From positions 57,102,001 through 57,166,000 of the forward strand of contig NC_042998.1 of NCBI RefSeq assembly GCF_006345805.1: 64,000 bases of DNA. The letters run 5' to 3'. The DNA is from Octopus sinensis. Its lineage: Eukaryota. Positions 38,740 through 51,760 of the stretch are shown here, piece by piece. Position 1 is the stretch's first letter. Each line of letters starts with the position of its first letter. A program made the translations under genes and the position numbers. The notes below the pieces were generated by a model, which worked only from the letters and a program-made list of their open reading frames with translations, was not told the DNA's origin and did not search any database.

Positions 38740-39300
38740 AAACACTTTCAGACTGTGGAATTTCGTCCGGAGGAGATCCCTCAAAACAGAATATTTCAAA
38801 ACTAGGCAAAACGAATCGACCTGGAGGTGAACGAGATCGACAAATATCAATATTTCTCTGTTCTTTCAGCTAATCGCTGCCCTATACTGTATTTTTCCTC
38901 GAAACAAATTCAAATTGCTGTCCTCAAGATAACGTAAAATCTATCCTCTGATGAGCAAGGGCGCAGCACAAGTTGAACAAAATTCCATCAACGAACTTTG
39001 TTGATAATATTCCTACTGTTGGTGATGATGGTTGTTAGTGCTGGTGTTGAAGTATTTTCTCGCCCTGATGAGGGCGTGTTGAGAGTGTATGCTTACCAGG
39101 AGAGATGATTAGTTAATGTTCAGGTTTGACACTTCTGATTGCGTCCTGCTGCTAACGTTTAAATGTGGATTGGGATATGATATTTTATTGATGCCTGTGA
39201 TTGGGTCTCTGTATTATTAAAGTGATAGGATTGGCAGGATTCTACTACAGGCTGATTCTAATTATGCTCTTCCTGAAACTTTTATAAGATGATAACTCTA
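38740..39300. mobile_element. Probable decayed Penelope-like fragment
   Basis: ctgatgag core at ~38948 and weak GIY-YIG-like C-terminal residues on the minus strand. Confidence 0.3.
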
Positions 39301-39534
39301 AGCTGAGCTCGGGTGAGCCCAGCAAGAAGGCTCACAGGTTGTTCAATCTACTAGAAATAGTAACCAAATGTCACTGAAATTTCACCATATTACCTTAAAA
39401 AATGGACAGACATGTCGGCTATTATAAATACCATATAACATGAAACAGAAGACGAAATGATTGAGCGTAAGTTGGAAGCTTTCACCATAGATATACAAGA
39501 TCAAAGTTGACCAACAACAATATATTTAACCTTT

Positions 39535-39558
39535 GAAAGCGGCGAGGTAGCAGAAACG
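39535..39558 (+). mobile_element. 5' head of the tRNA-derived SINE split by the array (A-box region; ends in TSD cagaaacg)
   Basis: gaaagcggcgaggtagcagaaacg matches the head of the SINE at 27690-27714 and joins seamlessly to 60542. Confidence 0.85.
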
Positions 39559-39789
39559 GCACCACTTCGTTTGACGTCGGTTGTGTTTTTTCGGCTCCTG
39601 AAGGTTCGGTAGGAGGGAACAAAAAGTGAATAGTTGTGTTTGTGTTAAAACCTGTCTTAATTGTCTTGTTTAAAAAATTGTTTGAACTGTTGCTGGTTTT
39701 GAACCAGGAAAACTTTGTTTTCCCCTCCTCACGGAGGGGAACTGCTGCACATTAAAATACACGAAAAAAACACACACATTTGTCCAAAA

Positions 39790-41300
39790 ATGTCAAAAAA
39801 TGATGAAATAGTAGGTTTACCTACACAAAAAAATATGAAAATTGCGGAAGAAGAAAAAATTGCGGAAGACACGACTTCCAAGGAAGCTGTGAAAACAGCA
39901 AAAGCGAATGAAGGTTCGCCGATTAAAAAGCTACGAAAACGGATAAAGTTACGGAAGGTGTGACTTCCGATGAAACTGTGAAAACAGCAAATGTACCAAG
40001 TGAAAAAACCAAGATGTTCAACTTCGCTGCCGCTGCTGGTAGGAAGACAGAGGAAGTAAAGATGGAGGAGGTGGAATACGAAAAGTTTAAAAAAATGTTT
40101 AAAAAAGAAGGAAATAACGCGATAGCTGCCCTCCCACAAACAATCAAAGAGGAAACCGAGAAAAGAACGATAATTTATAAATCATATGTGATAAAAGAGA
40201 AGAGAATTGAAAGAATAACCAAAGACCAGGCGGAGAAATGCCTGAAACTAGTGTGGAGCGATATGGATTACGTGACGTGGGGGAGAAAGTTCGCAACCAT
40301 AGAGGTACAATTCAGAGATGAAGAAACAGCAAAAAAACACTCCTTAACACCAATAAAGACGGAGGAAATAATTTTATTACCCTCGTATTTAGGAAGGAGA
40401 ACCTCAAAAATTAGAGTGGAGGACGTGCCGCCACAGGTCGACGTGAGGTGGTTGCTTCCAGCACTGTTAATGGGGCTGGAAGAAAAAATAACAGTAATAA
40501 ACATCAGAAGAGTAATAAAAGAAAATTGGAGAGGACAAGCGTTGCACGTGGTGGTGCAAGCGACCCCGGAGGCAATGGAGGAGGTTCCAGAAGGTATTCA
40601 GTTCGGGGAAGAGATTAACTTGCGGGTGGTGGTGGAGGGGCGAAAGCCACGTTGCTACGGATGTGGCGAGATAGGTCACATCCGTATGGAATGCCCCACC
40701 AGCAAGAAGGAAGAAGAAAGGAAAAAGACGGAAGAGGAGGCGGAGAAGAAAACGGAGGAAGAGGACGACTTCACAACGGTGAGGCGGAAGAAAACGCCAA
40801 AAAGGAAAAACGCGGACATAGGCCCAACCAACCCGGGCACAATCAAAAAGAAGTCCAACTCCCAGGGGGGAAAACCATCCCCACCCAACCACGGTTCCCC
40901 ACAAAAAGAGAAGCCCCCACCCAATCCACCCCCACCCCTCAGTGCCGAGCATTACCCCTCCATTTCAACCCCCTCCTCGTGTTCCCCCCCATCATACTCC
41001 CCGGGGTCCTCCCCATCACCCCCACAAAGCCCACAAAAAAGCAGATTTACAGAAGCCCAAATAGTATATGCGGCAATAGACAAAAATAATGACCGACTTA
41101 AAAGTGGAATGGGAAATATCCCAAGCGCAGAAAGGGTGAAAACCCACAGAAATCTACAAAAAAATGTAGAAATTTATAAATTGGACTTACGGAACTTTAA
41201 CATGTTAAATGCACAGTTCGCAGGGGACATAAAGGGTCCGCGACTCGGAGTGGACAAGTCACTGATTAATGTGGACTTCCCCGCCACGACCACGGAATAA
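39790..41300 (+). CDS. ORF1p (gag-like; RRM-like core + CCHC knuckle + Pro-rich linker + C-terminal domain); one frameshift near 39930
   Basis: RCYGCGEIGHIRMECP knuckle; ATG 39790 frame switches to the 39960-41300 frame, which repeats the T.S.E.VKTA motif. Confidence 0.9.
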
Positions 41301-41309
41301 AGGTAAGTA

Positions 41310-44300
41310 ATGTCTCATATTCGTGTAGGGTGTTTGAATGTGCGTGGCCTGATGCAGAGCTGGAAGCAAGGGCGCTTCCTAAATGACATCAGGTCACGGG
41401 ATTTAGATGTTGTCGTTGCCACAGAAACCGGTTAAAGGGGCCAAGAGATCTGCTCCCGCTGTTCGGCGGTTACGAGAGTGTCATCTCTCCGAACCCGTCG
41501 GTCAGCGGAAGCGGGGTGTTGGTCCTGTGTAAAAAGAACCGGGTTTCTGAGAAAAAGTTGATTTTTACGGATCCGGAAGGTAGGCTGGTCGTCGTTGAGT
41601 TGACGTTCAGTAGCCGTAAGACAATCAGGCTGGTTGCGGTTTACGCTCCCCCCAATAAGGGGAAAAGTGATTATTATCGGAACCTGGAGAAGTTTCTGAG
41701 TACATCGTGCCCAGTAGTAATGTTAGGGGACTTCAACACAATCTGCGATGTGCGGGTAGACTGTGAAGGCTCGCGAACAGACAGAAAAGGAAATACTTGC
41801 TTCCTGGATCTACTAAGACGTTTTGAGCTGGTAGATCCATATAGACTGGAACATCCGGGCGCTCCACTGTGGACGTGGTCAAATAGCGACGGATCGGCAA
41901 AGTCGTATATAGACAGGATATTAATTAGGAAGGTAGATAAGAACCTAGTTAAGAGTCCACAACTCCATATAGTCAGCTACAGTGACCACAAGATGGTCAC
42001 CTGTAGGCTAGACGTAGATAAGATAACTAGAGGTCCTGGTTACTGGAAACTTAATACGTCCCTTTTGGCGATTAAGGAGTACAGGGACAGGATTAGGTTA
42101 ATAATCCAGAGGGCCATGACCGGCTCCATTTGTAACAACAAATGGTGGTATGCCCTTAAGCGAGCCATAAAATATGAGTCCGTTAGATATAGTACTAACC
42201 ATGTAGCTAGAGAGGCTAGAAGGGTAACTGCACTAGTTAAGGACTTAGAGGAAGCAATGCGAACTGGCAATGCAGACCAGGTGAAGGTCAAGAGACTGGT
42301 TCTTAACCAGCACCTCGAAGCCCAACACATGGGTTGCATTGTCAGGGCTAGACAACGTGCGATGGGGAGCGAAGGAATCAAGGCTGCAGGATGGGCCCGA
42401 GTGGTGGAAGCCCAACGTGGCAATGATGCTACAATTCGATCTCTGGCGAACCAACAAGGTATGTTGACAGACGAGCCCGAGGAGATGTGTCAAGCTTTTC
42501 AGGACCACTTCGCCCAGCTTTTCGGGGGGAGCGGCGGACCGGATAGGGGGAGGGACCTTACGGACCTCCTCGACGGGCTGCCGCGCCTCTCGGGGCAGGA
42601 TGCGAAGTGTAGTGAGGAGCCGATCACACCTGGGGAGGTAATAGAGGCCATGGCGGACTGCGGTGCAGGTAAGGCGCCGGGACTGGATGGTCTACCATAC
42701 GAGCTTTATAAAAGTATGCCGGACTTGTTCGGGGACTTACTGACGGGCGTCTACGCAAACTGGCAGCAGAATGGGTTTATCCCCAGATCTGTGCGCCGGG
42801 GAGTGGTGACGCTAATCAGGAAGGACCAGAGCAAGGGGGACGTAATAGATAATTTCAGGCCCATCACTCTGCTTAACGCAGAGTTGAAGATTTTGGCCAA
42901 AGTGTTATCGAACAGATTGGCGCGTGTCGCGAATGGACTGATTGGGAAAGCGCAAACGTGCGCCGTACCGGGCAGAGCCATTCAGGATAATCTCCATCTA
43001 ATTAGATACACGATAGAGGGAATAAATAACGATCTCGGCAAGGGAGGGGCAGTGGTCCATTTAGACCAGTCTAAAGCGTTCGATAGGGTCGACCATCACT
43101 ACCTGGTGTCCGTTCTGGCTCAGTTCGGCCTGGGTCTTGGCTTCCTCAGGTGGATCATCGAAATGTATGACAACGCCGACTCGGTAGTTCAGGTGAACGG
43201 CTTTCTTTCTAAGCCGTTCAAGGTCAAACGCTCGGTTCGCCAGGGATGTCCGCTCTCCCCGCTTTTGTATGTAGTGGCCCTGGAGCCGCTGCTGCGAAGA
43301 CTGAGCGGCATCCCGAGGCAACCAGGACGTGATATGTCGGTTTCGGCGTACGCGGATGACATCACTATCATCGTGACTGAAGTGGACCACCTACGTAAAG
43401 TAGGCAAGGCCATAGAGGTTTACGAGACGGTGACAGGAGCAAAAGTTAATCGTGAAAAGTCGGTCGGCTTGCAACTCGGCACCTGGAGAGGCAAGTCGAT
43501 GCCTCCAGACAGCGTCGTGGGACGTTGGACGGAGGGCCCGATTAAGTTGCTCGGGGTCTGGTTCGGTCCGGACCTCCAAATAGAGAAGAACTGGAGCGAG
43601 GTATCGAGCAAGGTGGCTGCAATAGTCAAGATTTGGTCTTGCCGGTGGTTATCCTTGAAAGGTAGGGCGGAGGTGGCCAATGTGTTTATAGCATCGGTGA
43701 TCACCTACCGCCTTGCCGTCGTGCCTTGCCCGGATTCGTGGTTGATCAAGTTGGAGAGACAGCTCTTTCGCTTCTTGTGGAAGGGCTCGAAACCGCTTGT
43801 GAGACTCTGTCTGCTGTCAAAAACCGTTACAGGGTGGACTAGGGATGCCGTGGCTAATGATGCGCAGAAATGCGCTGAGGCTAAGGCACCTGTGGCTCCA
43901 TCTGGGTAGTGAACGGGTGTGGTCTCCGCTGGCGAAACAGATGTTCCCCAGGTTCACCAGTTTCGGTGGCCGGGAGGCCTGGTATAATCGCAGATCGAAG
44001 TTGGGCACGTGGTATACGGAGTGTCGCAAGGCACTCCGACTATTCCGTCGCTCGGGTAATGCCTGTGGCAGTGGTTCTACCGCTGTGTTTTATAGAGGGT
44101 TTGTAGAGGCCGGTAACGATGATACGCTGGGGGAAGCCCTAGGTTTCGACGATAATCAGCTGGCCAGTCTGTTCCAAAGTACATTTGGGCCGAAGACACT
44201 GGACAATTTCCAGAAGTCTTTGGCTTGGCAGTGCTACCGAGGAGCCTTACCTGTTCGGGACAAGCTTGCAAGGCACGGTTGCCAAGTCAGCCCGACCTGT

Positions 44301-44699
44301 ACGAGGTGTGGGCGAGAACGGGAAACCGTCTCGCACGCGATCGTGCAGTGTTCGGGGGTGAAAGATATGTGGGATTGTGCCGAACAACTAATGTCAGGTG
44401 AACGAAGAGTACAGCTATCAGCCGAATCTATTGTAAAAATCAGCCCACCTGATTTCTTAACGAAAGAAGGTAAGTTTTGTTTTCTCGCCGTGGTTTCAAC
44501 TGCGAAACAGGCAGTATGGAAGACAAGGATGAAAGGAATGATAACAGGCGACTTCATCTCTGGTTCAAGTCTGGTGGAATATTTTAAATTCCACCTGAAA
44601 AGACATATAGAACTGGAGAGAAGGAGCCTGAGTAAGAAAGTGTTTTATGAAAGATGGAAAAATGTGCAGAGTAAAAGATCCCTCACAAATGTGAGATAG
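41310..44699 (+). CDS. ORF2p: APE endonuclease + reverse transcriptase + C-terminal CCHC; frameshifts near 41428 and 43805
   Basis: MSHIRVGCLNVRGL, VAVYAP, MLGDFN, SYIDRIL, SDHK; KAPGLDG, FRPITLLN, LDQSKAFDRV, VRQGCPLSP, YADD; P..GGLGMP; CTRC..ET.SHAIVQC. Confidence 0.95.
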
Positions 44700-44915
44700 G
44701 AAGAAAAAGAAAACCACAAGGCTAAGTGTCGTGGCGGGGAGCATGGGGTCGCGAACCCGCCCCACTGCATCTTGTAATTTTGTTGTGTCTATTGTATAAT
44801 CATTCGATTTTTATTCATTTTCGACCCCAAACGTTCATAATAATTTTTTTTCATCATTCGTGATTGTATGTATTCTCTATGTCGCCCCTAGTGGGTAATA
44901 AAGAAATAAGAAACG

Positions 44916-46653
44916 GCACCACTTCGTTTGACGTCGGTTGTGTTTTTTTCGGCTCCTGAAAATTCGGTAAAAAAGAACAAAAAGCGTTGTTGTGGAAATT
45001 CTGAACGGCGTTGACGCGGTTTCGCGTTTCGCTCGTTCAGCGCGTTAAACTTTTTTCTGTTTTGGCGGCCGTTTTCGGTCTGTCAGACAGAAGGAAATGG
45101 ACTATGAGTCTCTAACAGACTTGTCCACGACAGATGAGGAACTGGAACAGGCAATTGCAATGAAGCTGATGGAGGAAAAGGCTGGAGTTTTCGAGTCTTT
45201 ATCAGACTCGCCTACGTCTGAGAAGGAGCTAGAAATGGCAGCGAGGAAATTGGAAAAGAAGCTGAGTTATACTTATGCCGGTGTAACCAAGAAGGCGGAA
45301 GAGAAAGGGGTCGACTTGGCCAAGCTACCAAGTTACCAGAAACACATGAAAAAGGAAAGCGGTGAGGTGGAACTATCACCGACACCCAGGAGAAAAGAAT
45401 GGTATGATAAGAGGACCATTGTTTACAGGGTGTTCGCAAACGAAAGGAAGAGGGTAGAAGTTGTAACCATGGAATGGATAGAGGAAGCCCTGCGAAGAAC
45501 TGAGGAGGAAATAAATTTTCTGACTCGAGGATCCAAGTACGGGACCGTAGTTGTGCACTTTAAAAGTGAATCTGCAGCGAGGAAGATGGCAGCGAAGGCG
45601 GTGAAGTCGGAAAAGGTAACACTGTTACCTACGTATTTAAACAGGAGGATTACACGAATAAGGGTGGAGGGAGTGCCACCAACGTGGAGGCAGAATGGAT
45701 TGTGGCGGCTGTGATCAGCGGCCACGAGGACGAAGTGATATTCTCCATGCCTCGGTTAAGTCCGAGGGCTGGAGAGGCGTACAGTGGAGCTGAACGTACA
45801 GGCAGAGACCGAGGTACTGGTGGACCTGACGGAAAGCATCAGACTGGGAAAGTGATCATGAGAGTGTGGGTGGAGGGCAGGGCTCCACGTTGTTACAAGT
45901 GTGGCCTGAGGGGTCACATAAGAGCCTTCTGCCCTCCCCCAGGAAAGAAATGGATCCCGAACCAGAGAGAGAGAAGCAGAAACCAGAGGAGAAGGAAACA
46001 GAGGAAGAGATACACAGAAATGGAAGGAAGCTGGAAGTAAGAGAAGAGAAGAATACGTGGAAAAGAAAATAATATGGAACTCCAATCCACCCCAAAACCA
46101 CCCACGCCCTCTGAGTCCCACCCTATCCATGCAGACATTGAACCCACCCGCTCCCCCCCAACAAGAAAACAAAAGAAAAAAAAGAATACACACACACAAG
46201 AGATTGAAATCGATATCAGGCCGTACATTTGTACTATGACTGAACAGAAAGAAGTTAAAAGTCTAATGGAAGAGTATAAATGGTATGATGTTGGTGAGAC
46301 TAGGTATGCTGTGATTGAAAAGAAGAACATAGGTGACTTTATGGTGATGTGTGAATGCGAGAATTGGGAGGTGAAAGATATAAGAATGAGCGATGAATTC
46401 GTGGAAAATATGGATGAGTATTTCGGAGTAAGAATGGATATGGAATTTGTTCGTATTGGCAAGGAACATTCAAGTGACTATGAAAAACAAAGGACAGGTA
46501 AGTGATGCTGACGGACGGGGCCGTTGGTATCGCTTTCATTTAATCATTTTTTCGTTTAACAATTCATGTTCATAAAGTTTAATTATAATGTTATATGTCC
46601 CCATGTTTCTTAGTGTCCCTTTCTGTGTCGCCCCTAGTGGGTAATAAAGAAAT
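44916..46653 (+). mobile_element. Array unit 2: ORF1-only element type A (ORF ~45097-46505)
   Basis: Shared leader caccacttcgtttgacgtcgg; MDYESLTDL..; RCYKCGLRGHIRAFCP; no ORF2; shared 3' terminal motif. Confidence 0.92.
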
Positions 46654-46661
46654 AAGAAACG

Positions 46662-48322
46662 TCACCACTTCGTTTGACGTCGGTTGTGTTTTTTTCGGCT
46701 CCTGAAAGTTCGGTAAAAAAGAGCAAAAGGCGTGGTTGTTGTTGTGGAAACTCTGAACGGCGTTGATGCGGTTTCGCGTTTCACTGGTTCTGCGCGTTGC
46801 ACTTTTTCGGTTCGGGAGGCCGTTTTTCGGTCTGAGGCGATTATGAGCCGCCTCCATCAAACGGAGGAGATGGAAGGGAGAAATTTCTCTGAAATTTCGA
46901 CGGAAGTATCGACATCTGAGGAGGAGTTGGCGGTGAAAAAGATGGAAGGCACCTACGCAGGTGTAACGAAGAAGTCAATGGAAAGAGAGATAGACCTGGC
47001 TAAGTTGACGGGCCTCCAGGAGTTTGTGAAGGAGGACGAGAACGGAGAGGTCGAGTTGCTGCCTCCAGTAGGGCGCGGAGACTGGTTCCATCGTAGAACC
47101 ATTAAATATAAAGTATTTATGAATGGAGGTAGAAAGATGGAAGTAATTAACATGGAAGCAATTGAAGAGGCTCTCAAGCAGACAGGAGAGGAAATTGTGT
47201 ACATGACAAAAGGATTACAATACGGAACCATAACGGTGCAATTTAAAAGTGAAAAAGCAGCCAGGAATGTAGCAGCCAAGGTGGTGAGTACAGAAAAGTT
47301 TTACTTGTTACCCTCGTATCTGAATAGGCGGACAACCAGAATTAGGGTGGAAGGAATACCTCCACACCTAGAGGGCGAATTAATAACGGCTGCGGTTATA
47401 AAAGGAAATGAAGATAAAGTGGACATCCTCCACGCCATTATGAAGGCGTGAGAGGTGCCACACTAGTTATGAACATTCAAACGGAGGCGGATGTTATAGA
47501 GAGGATTACGGACAGCATAAAAACTGGAAATATTATTATGAGAGTGTGGGTGGAGGGTAGGGCGCCCAGGTGCTACAAGTGTGGCCAAAGGGGTCACATA
47601 AGAGCCTACTGCCCTCCCCCACCAAAGGAAAAAGAAAAGGAAAGCGTTGAGGAAGCCTCAGGAGAGGAAGAAAATAAACAGAAACAAACAGAGAAGGAAA
47701 CGACAGAAGAAGAGGAGATGCAACAAGAGTGGAAAGAAGGGGGAAGAAAGAGAAAAAGAAAGAAAAAGAAAAACTGTGCGAAGCCCCACCCACCCCGACA
47801 CCACCCATACCCTTGGAGTCCCATCCTTCCCCTGCAAACAGTGATTCCACCCACTCCCCGCCTACAAGAAAATCAAAAACAGACACACAGAGCAAAGAAA
47901 GTCCCAAGACCCATTTTTTATGTGTTATACATGGGAAAGACATACAAAACGTTAAAAACAGTGTTAACCAAGTGGTACGAACACGAAGATTGTAGCTACA
48001 CGGCTGTGGATAGTGATGATACGGGTATATTGGCGAGAAGGTTTGAGGAAGAGGGTGTGTGTTGGAGGTCAGTGGAAATGAAAGATGAATGGATAGAGAT
48101 GGCTAAAAGAAAAACGAATGTTGTGATAGGAAAACAAGGAATACTAATTGGAAATGGGTGAAGAAGGACAGATAAGTGATGCTGGCGGATGGGGCCGTCG
48201 GTATCACTCTCATATATCATTTTCATATTCCATTTTGCTCATATATATGTAATTGTGATGTTCTATGTCCCCAATGTTTGTAATGTCCCCTCTATGTAGC
48301 CCCTAGTGGGTAATAAAGAAAT
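46662..48322 (+). mobile_element. Array unit 3: ORF1-only type B, variant B1 (ORF ~46843-48161)
   Basis: MSRLHQTEEMEGR..; RCYKCGQRGHIRAYCP; 7-nt collapse of tatgaag at ~47445. Confidence 0.92.
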
Positions 48323-48331
48323 AAAAAAAAA

Positions 48332-50001
48332 CACGACGAACCATTTGGTCGGTTGTGTTTTTTTCGGCTGCTGAAAATTCGGTAAAAAAGAACAAAAAGT
48401 GAATGGTTGTTGTTGTGAAATTGTGAACGTAGTTATGATGCGGTTTCGCGTTTCACTGGTTCTGCGCGTTGCACTTTTTCGGTTCGGGAGGCCGTTTTTC
48501 GGTCTGAGGCGATTATGAGCCGTCTCCATCAAACGGAGGAGATGGAAGGGAGAAATTTCTCTGAAATTTCGACGGAAGTATCGACATCTGAGGAGGAGTT
48601 GGCGGTGAAAAAGATGGAAGGCACCTACGCAGGTGTAACGAAGAAGTCAATGGAAAGAGAGATAGACCTGGCTAAGTTGACGGGCCTCCAGGAGTTTGTG
48701 AAGGAGGACGAGAACGGAGAGGTCGAGTTGCTGCCTCCAGTAGGGCGCGGAGACTGGTTCCATCGTAGAACCATTAAATATAAAGTATTTATGAATGGAG
48801 GTAGAAAGATGGAAGTAATTAACATGGAAGCAATTGAAGAGGCTCTCAAGCAGACAGGAGAGGAAATTGTGTACATGACAAAAGGATTACAATACGGAAC
48901 CATAACGGTGCAATTTAAAAGTGAAAAAGCAGCCAGGAATGTAGCAGCCAAGGTGGTGAGTACAGAAAAGTTTTACTTGTTACCCTCGTATCTGAATAGG
49001 CGGACAACCAGAATTAGGGTGGAAGGAATACCTCCACACCTAGAGGGCGAATTAATAACGGCTGCGGTTATAAAAGGAAATGAAGATAAAGTGGACATCC
49101 TCCACGCCATTATGAAGTATGAAGGCGTGAGAGGTGCCACACTAGTTATGAACATTCAAACGGAGGCGGATGTTATAGAGAGGATTACGGACAGCATAAA
49201 AACTGGAAATATTATTATGAGAGTGTGGGTGGAGGGTAGGGCGCCCAGGTGCTACAAGTGTGGCCAAAGGGGTCACATAAGAGCCTACTGCCCTCCCCCA
49301 CCAAAGGAAAAAGAAAAGGAAAGCGTTGAGGAAGCCTCAGGAGAGGAAGAAAATAAAAACAGAACAACAGAGAGGAAACGACAGAAGAAGAGGAGATGCA
49401 ACAAGAGTGGAAAGAAGGGGGAAGAAAGAGAAAAAGAAGAAAAAGAAAAACTGTGCGAAGCCCCAACCCACCCCGACACCACCCATACCCTTGGAGTCCC
49501 ATCCTTCCCCTGCAAACAGTGATTCCACCCACTCCCCGCCTACAAGAAAATCAAAAAAAGACACACAGAGCAAAGAAAGTCCAAGACCCATTTTTTATGT
49601 GTTATACATGGGAAAGACATACAAAACGTTAAAAAACAGGTGTTAACCAAGTGGTACGAACACGAAGATTGTAGCTACACGGCTGTGGATAGTGATGATA
49701 CGGGTATATTGGCGAGAAGGTTTGAGGAAGAGGGTGTGTGTTGGAGGTCAGTGGAAATGAAAGATGAATGGATAGAGATGGCTAAAAGAAAAACGAATGT
49801 TGTGATAGGAAAACAAGGAATACTAATTGGAAATGGGTGAAGAAGGACAGATAAGTGATGCTGGCGGATGGGGCCGTCGGTATCACTCTCATATATCATT
49901 TTCATATTCCATTTTGCTCATATATATGTAATTGTGATGTTCTATGTCCCCAATGTTTGTAATGTCCCCTCTATGTAGCCCCTAGTGGGTAATAAAGAAA
50001 T
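48332..50001 (+). mobile_element. Array unit 4: ORF1-only type B, variant B2 (ORF ~48515-49840), altered 5' end
   Basis: Near-identical to unit 3 in the ORF. Confidence 0.92.
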
Positions 50002-50009
50002 CAGAAACG

Positions 50010-51752
50010 TCACCACTTCGTTTGACGTCGGTTGTGTTTTTTTCGGCTCCTGAAAATTCGGTAAAAAAGAACAAAAAGCGTTGTTGTTGTTGTGGAAATT
50101 CTGAACGGCGTTGACGCGGTTTCGCGTTTCGCTCGTTCAGCGCGTTAAACTTTTTTCTGTTTTGGCGGCCGTTTTCGGTCTGTCAGACAGAAGGAAATGG
50201 ACTATGAGTCTCTAACAGACTTGTCCACGACAGATGAGGAACTGGAACAGGCAATTGCAGTGAAGCTGATGGAGGAAAAGGCTGGAGTTTTCGAGTCTTT
50301 ATCAGACTTGTCTGAGAAGGAGCTAGAAATTGCAGCAAGGAAATTGGAAAAGAAGCTGAGTTATACTTATGCCGGTGTAACCAAGAAGGCGGAAGAGAAA
50401 GGGGTCGACTTGGCCAAACTACCAAGTTACCAGAAACACATGGAAAAGGAAAGCGGTGAGGTGGAACTATCACCGACACCCAGGAGAAAAGAATGGTATG
50501 ATAAGAGGACCATTGTTTACAGGGTGTTCGCAAACGAAAGGAAGAGGGTAGAAGTTGTAACCATGGAATGGATAGAGGAAGCCCTGCGAAGAACTGAGGA
50601 GGAAATAAATTTTCTGACTCGAGGATCCAAGTATGGGAGCGTAGTTGTGCATTTTAAAAGTGAATCTGCAGCGAGGAAGATGGCAGCGAAGGCGGTGAAG
50701 TCGGAAAAGGTAACACTGTTACCTACGTATTTAACAGGAGGATTACACGAATAAGGGTGGAGGGAGTGCCACCAAACGTGGAGGCAGAATGGATTGTGGC
50801 GGCTGTGATCAGCGGCCACGAGGACGAAGTGGATATTCTCCATGCCTCGGTTAAGTCCGAGGGCTGGAGAGGCGTAACAGTGGAGCTGAACGTACAGGCA
50901 GAGACCGAGGTACTGGTGGACCTGACGGAAAGCATCAGACTGGGAGAAGTGATCATGAGAGTGTGGGTGGAGGGCAGGGCTCCACGTTGTTACAAGTGTG
51001 GCCTGAGGGGTCACATAAGAGCCTTCTGCCCTCCCCCAGGGAAAGAAATGGATCCCGAACCAGAGAGAGAGAAGCAGAAACCAGAGGAGAAGGAAACAGA
51101 GGAAGAGAATACACAGAAATGGAAGGAAGCTGGAAGTAAGAGGAAGAGAAGAATACGTGGAAAAGAAAATAATATGGAACTCCAATCCACCCCAAAACCA
51201 CCCACGCCCTCTGAGTCCCACCCTATCCATGCAGACATTGAACCCACCCGCTCCCCCCCAACAAGAAAACAAAAGAAAAAAAAGAATACACACACACAAG
51301 AGATTGAAATCGATATCAGGCCGTACATTTGTACTATGACTGAACAGAAAGAAGTTAAAAGTCTAATGGAAGAGTATAAATGGTATGATGTTGGTGAGAC
51401 TAGGTATGCTGTGATTGAAAAGAAGAACATAGGTGACTTTATGGTGATGTGTGAATGCGAGAATTGGGAGGTGAAAGATATAAGAATGAGCGATGAATTC
51501 GTGAAAATATGGATGAGTATTTCGGAGTAAGAATGGATATGGAATTTGTTCGTATTGGCAAGGAACATTCAAGTGACTATGAAAAACAAAGGACAGGTAA
51601 GTGATGCTGACGGACGGGGCCGTTGGTATCGCTTTCATTTAATCATTTTTTCGTTTAACAATTCATGTTCATAAAGTTTAATTATAATGTTATATGTCCC
51701 CATGTTTCTTAGTGTCCCTTTCTGTGTCGCCCCTAGTGGGTAATAAAGAAAT
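50010..51752 (+). mobile_element. Array unit 5: ORF1-only type A (ORF ~50197-51604)
   Basis: Near-identical to unit 2. Confidence 0.92.
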
Positions 51753-51760
51753 AAGAAACG

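Larger units (their letters stand above)
39559..44907 (+). mobile_element. Array unit 1: L1/Tx1-clade non-LTR retrotransposon (ORF1 + APE-RT-CCHC ORF2)
   Basis: Two ORFs as listed; 3' end gcccctagtgggtaataaagaaat. Confidence 0.96.

Noticed and set aside
39535-39558. Calling the SINE head a tRNA gene
   Set aside because: It has only A/B-box-like remnants, no cloverleaf, and continues into a SINE body present several times in the window.
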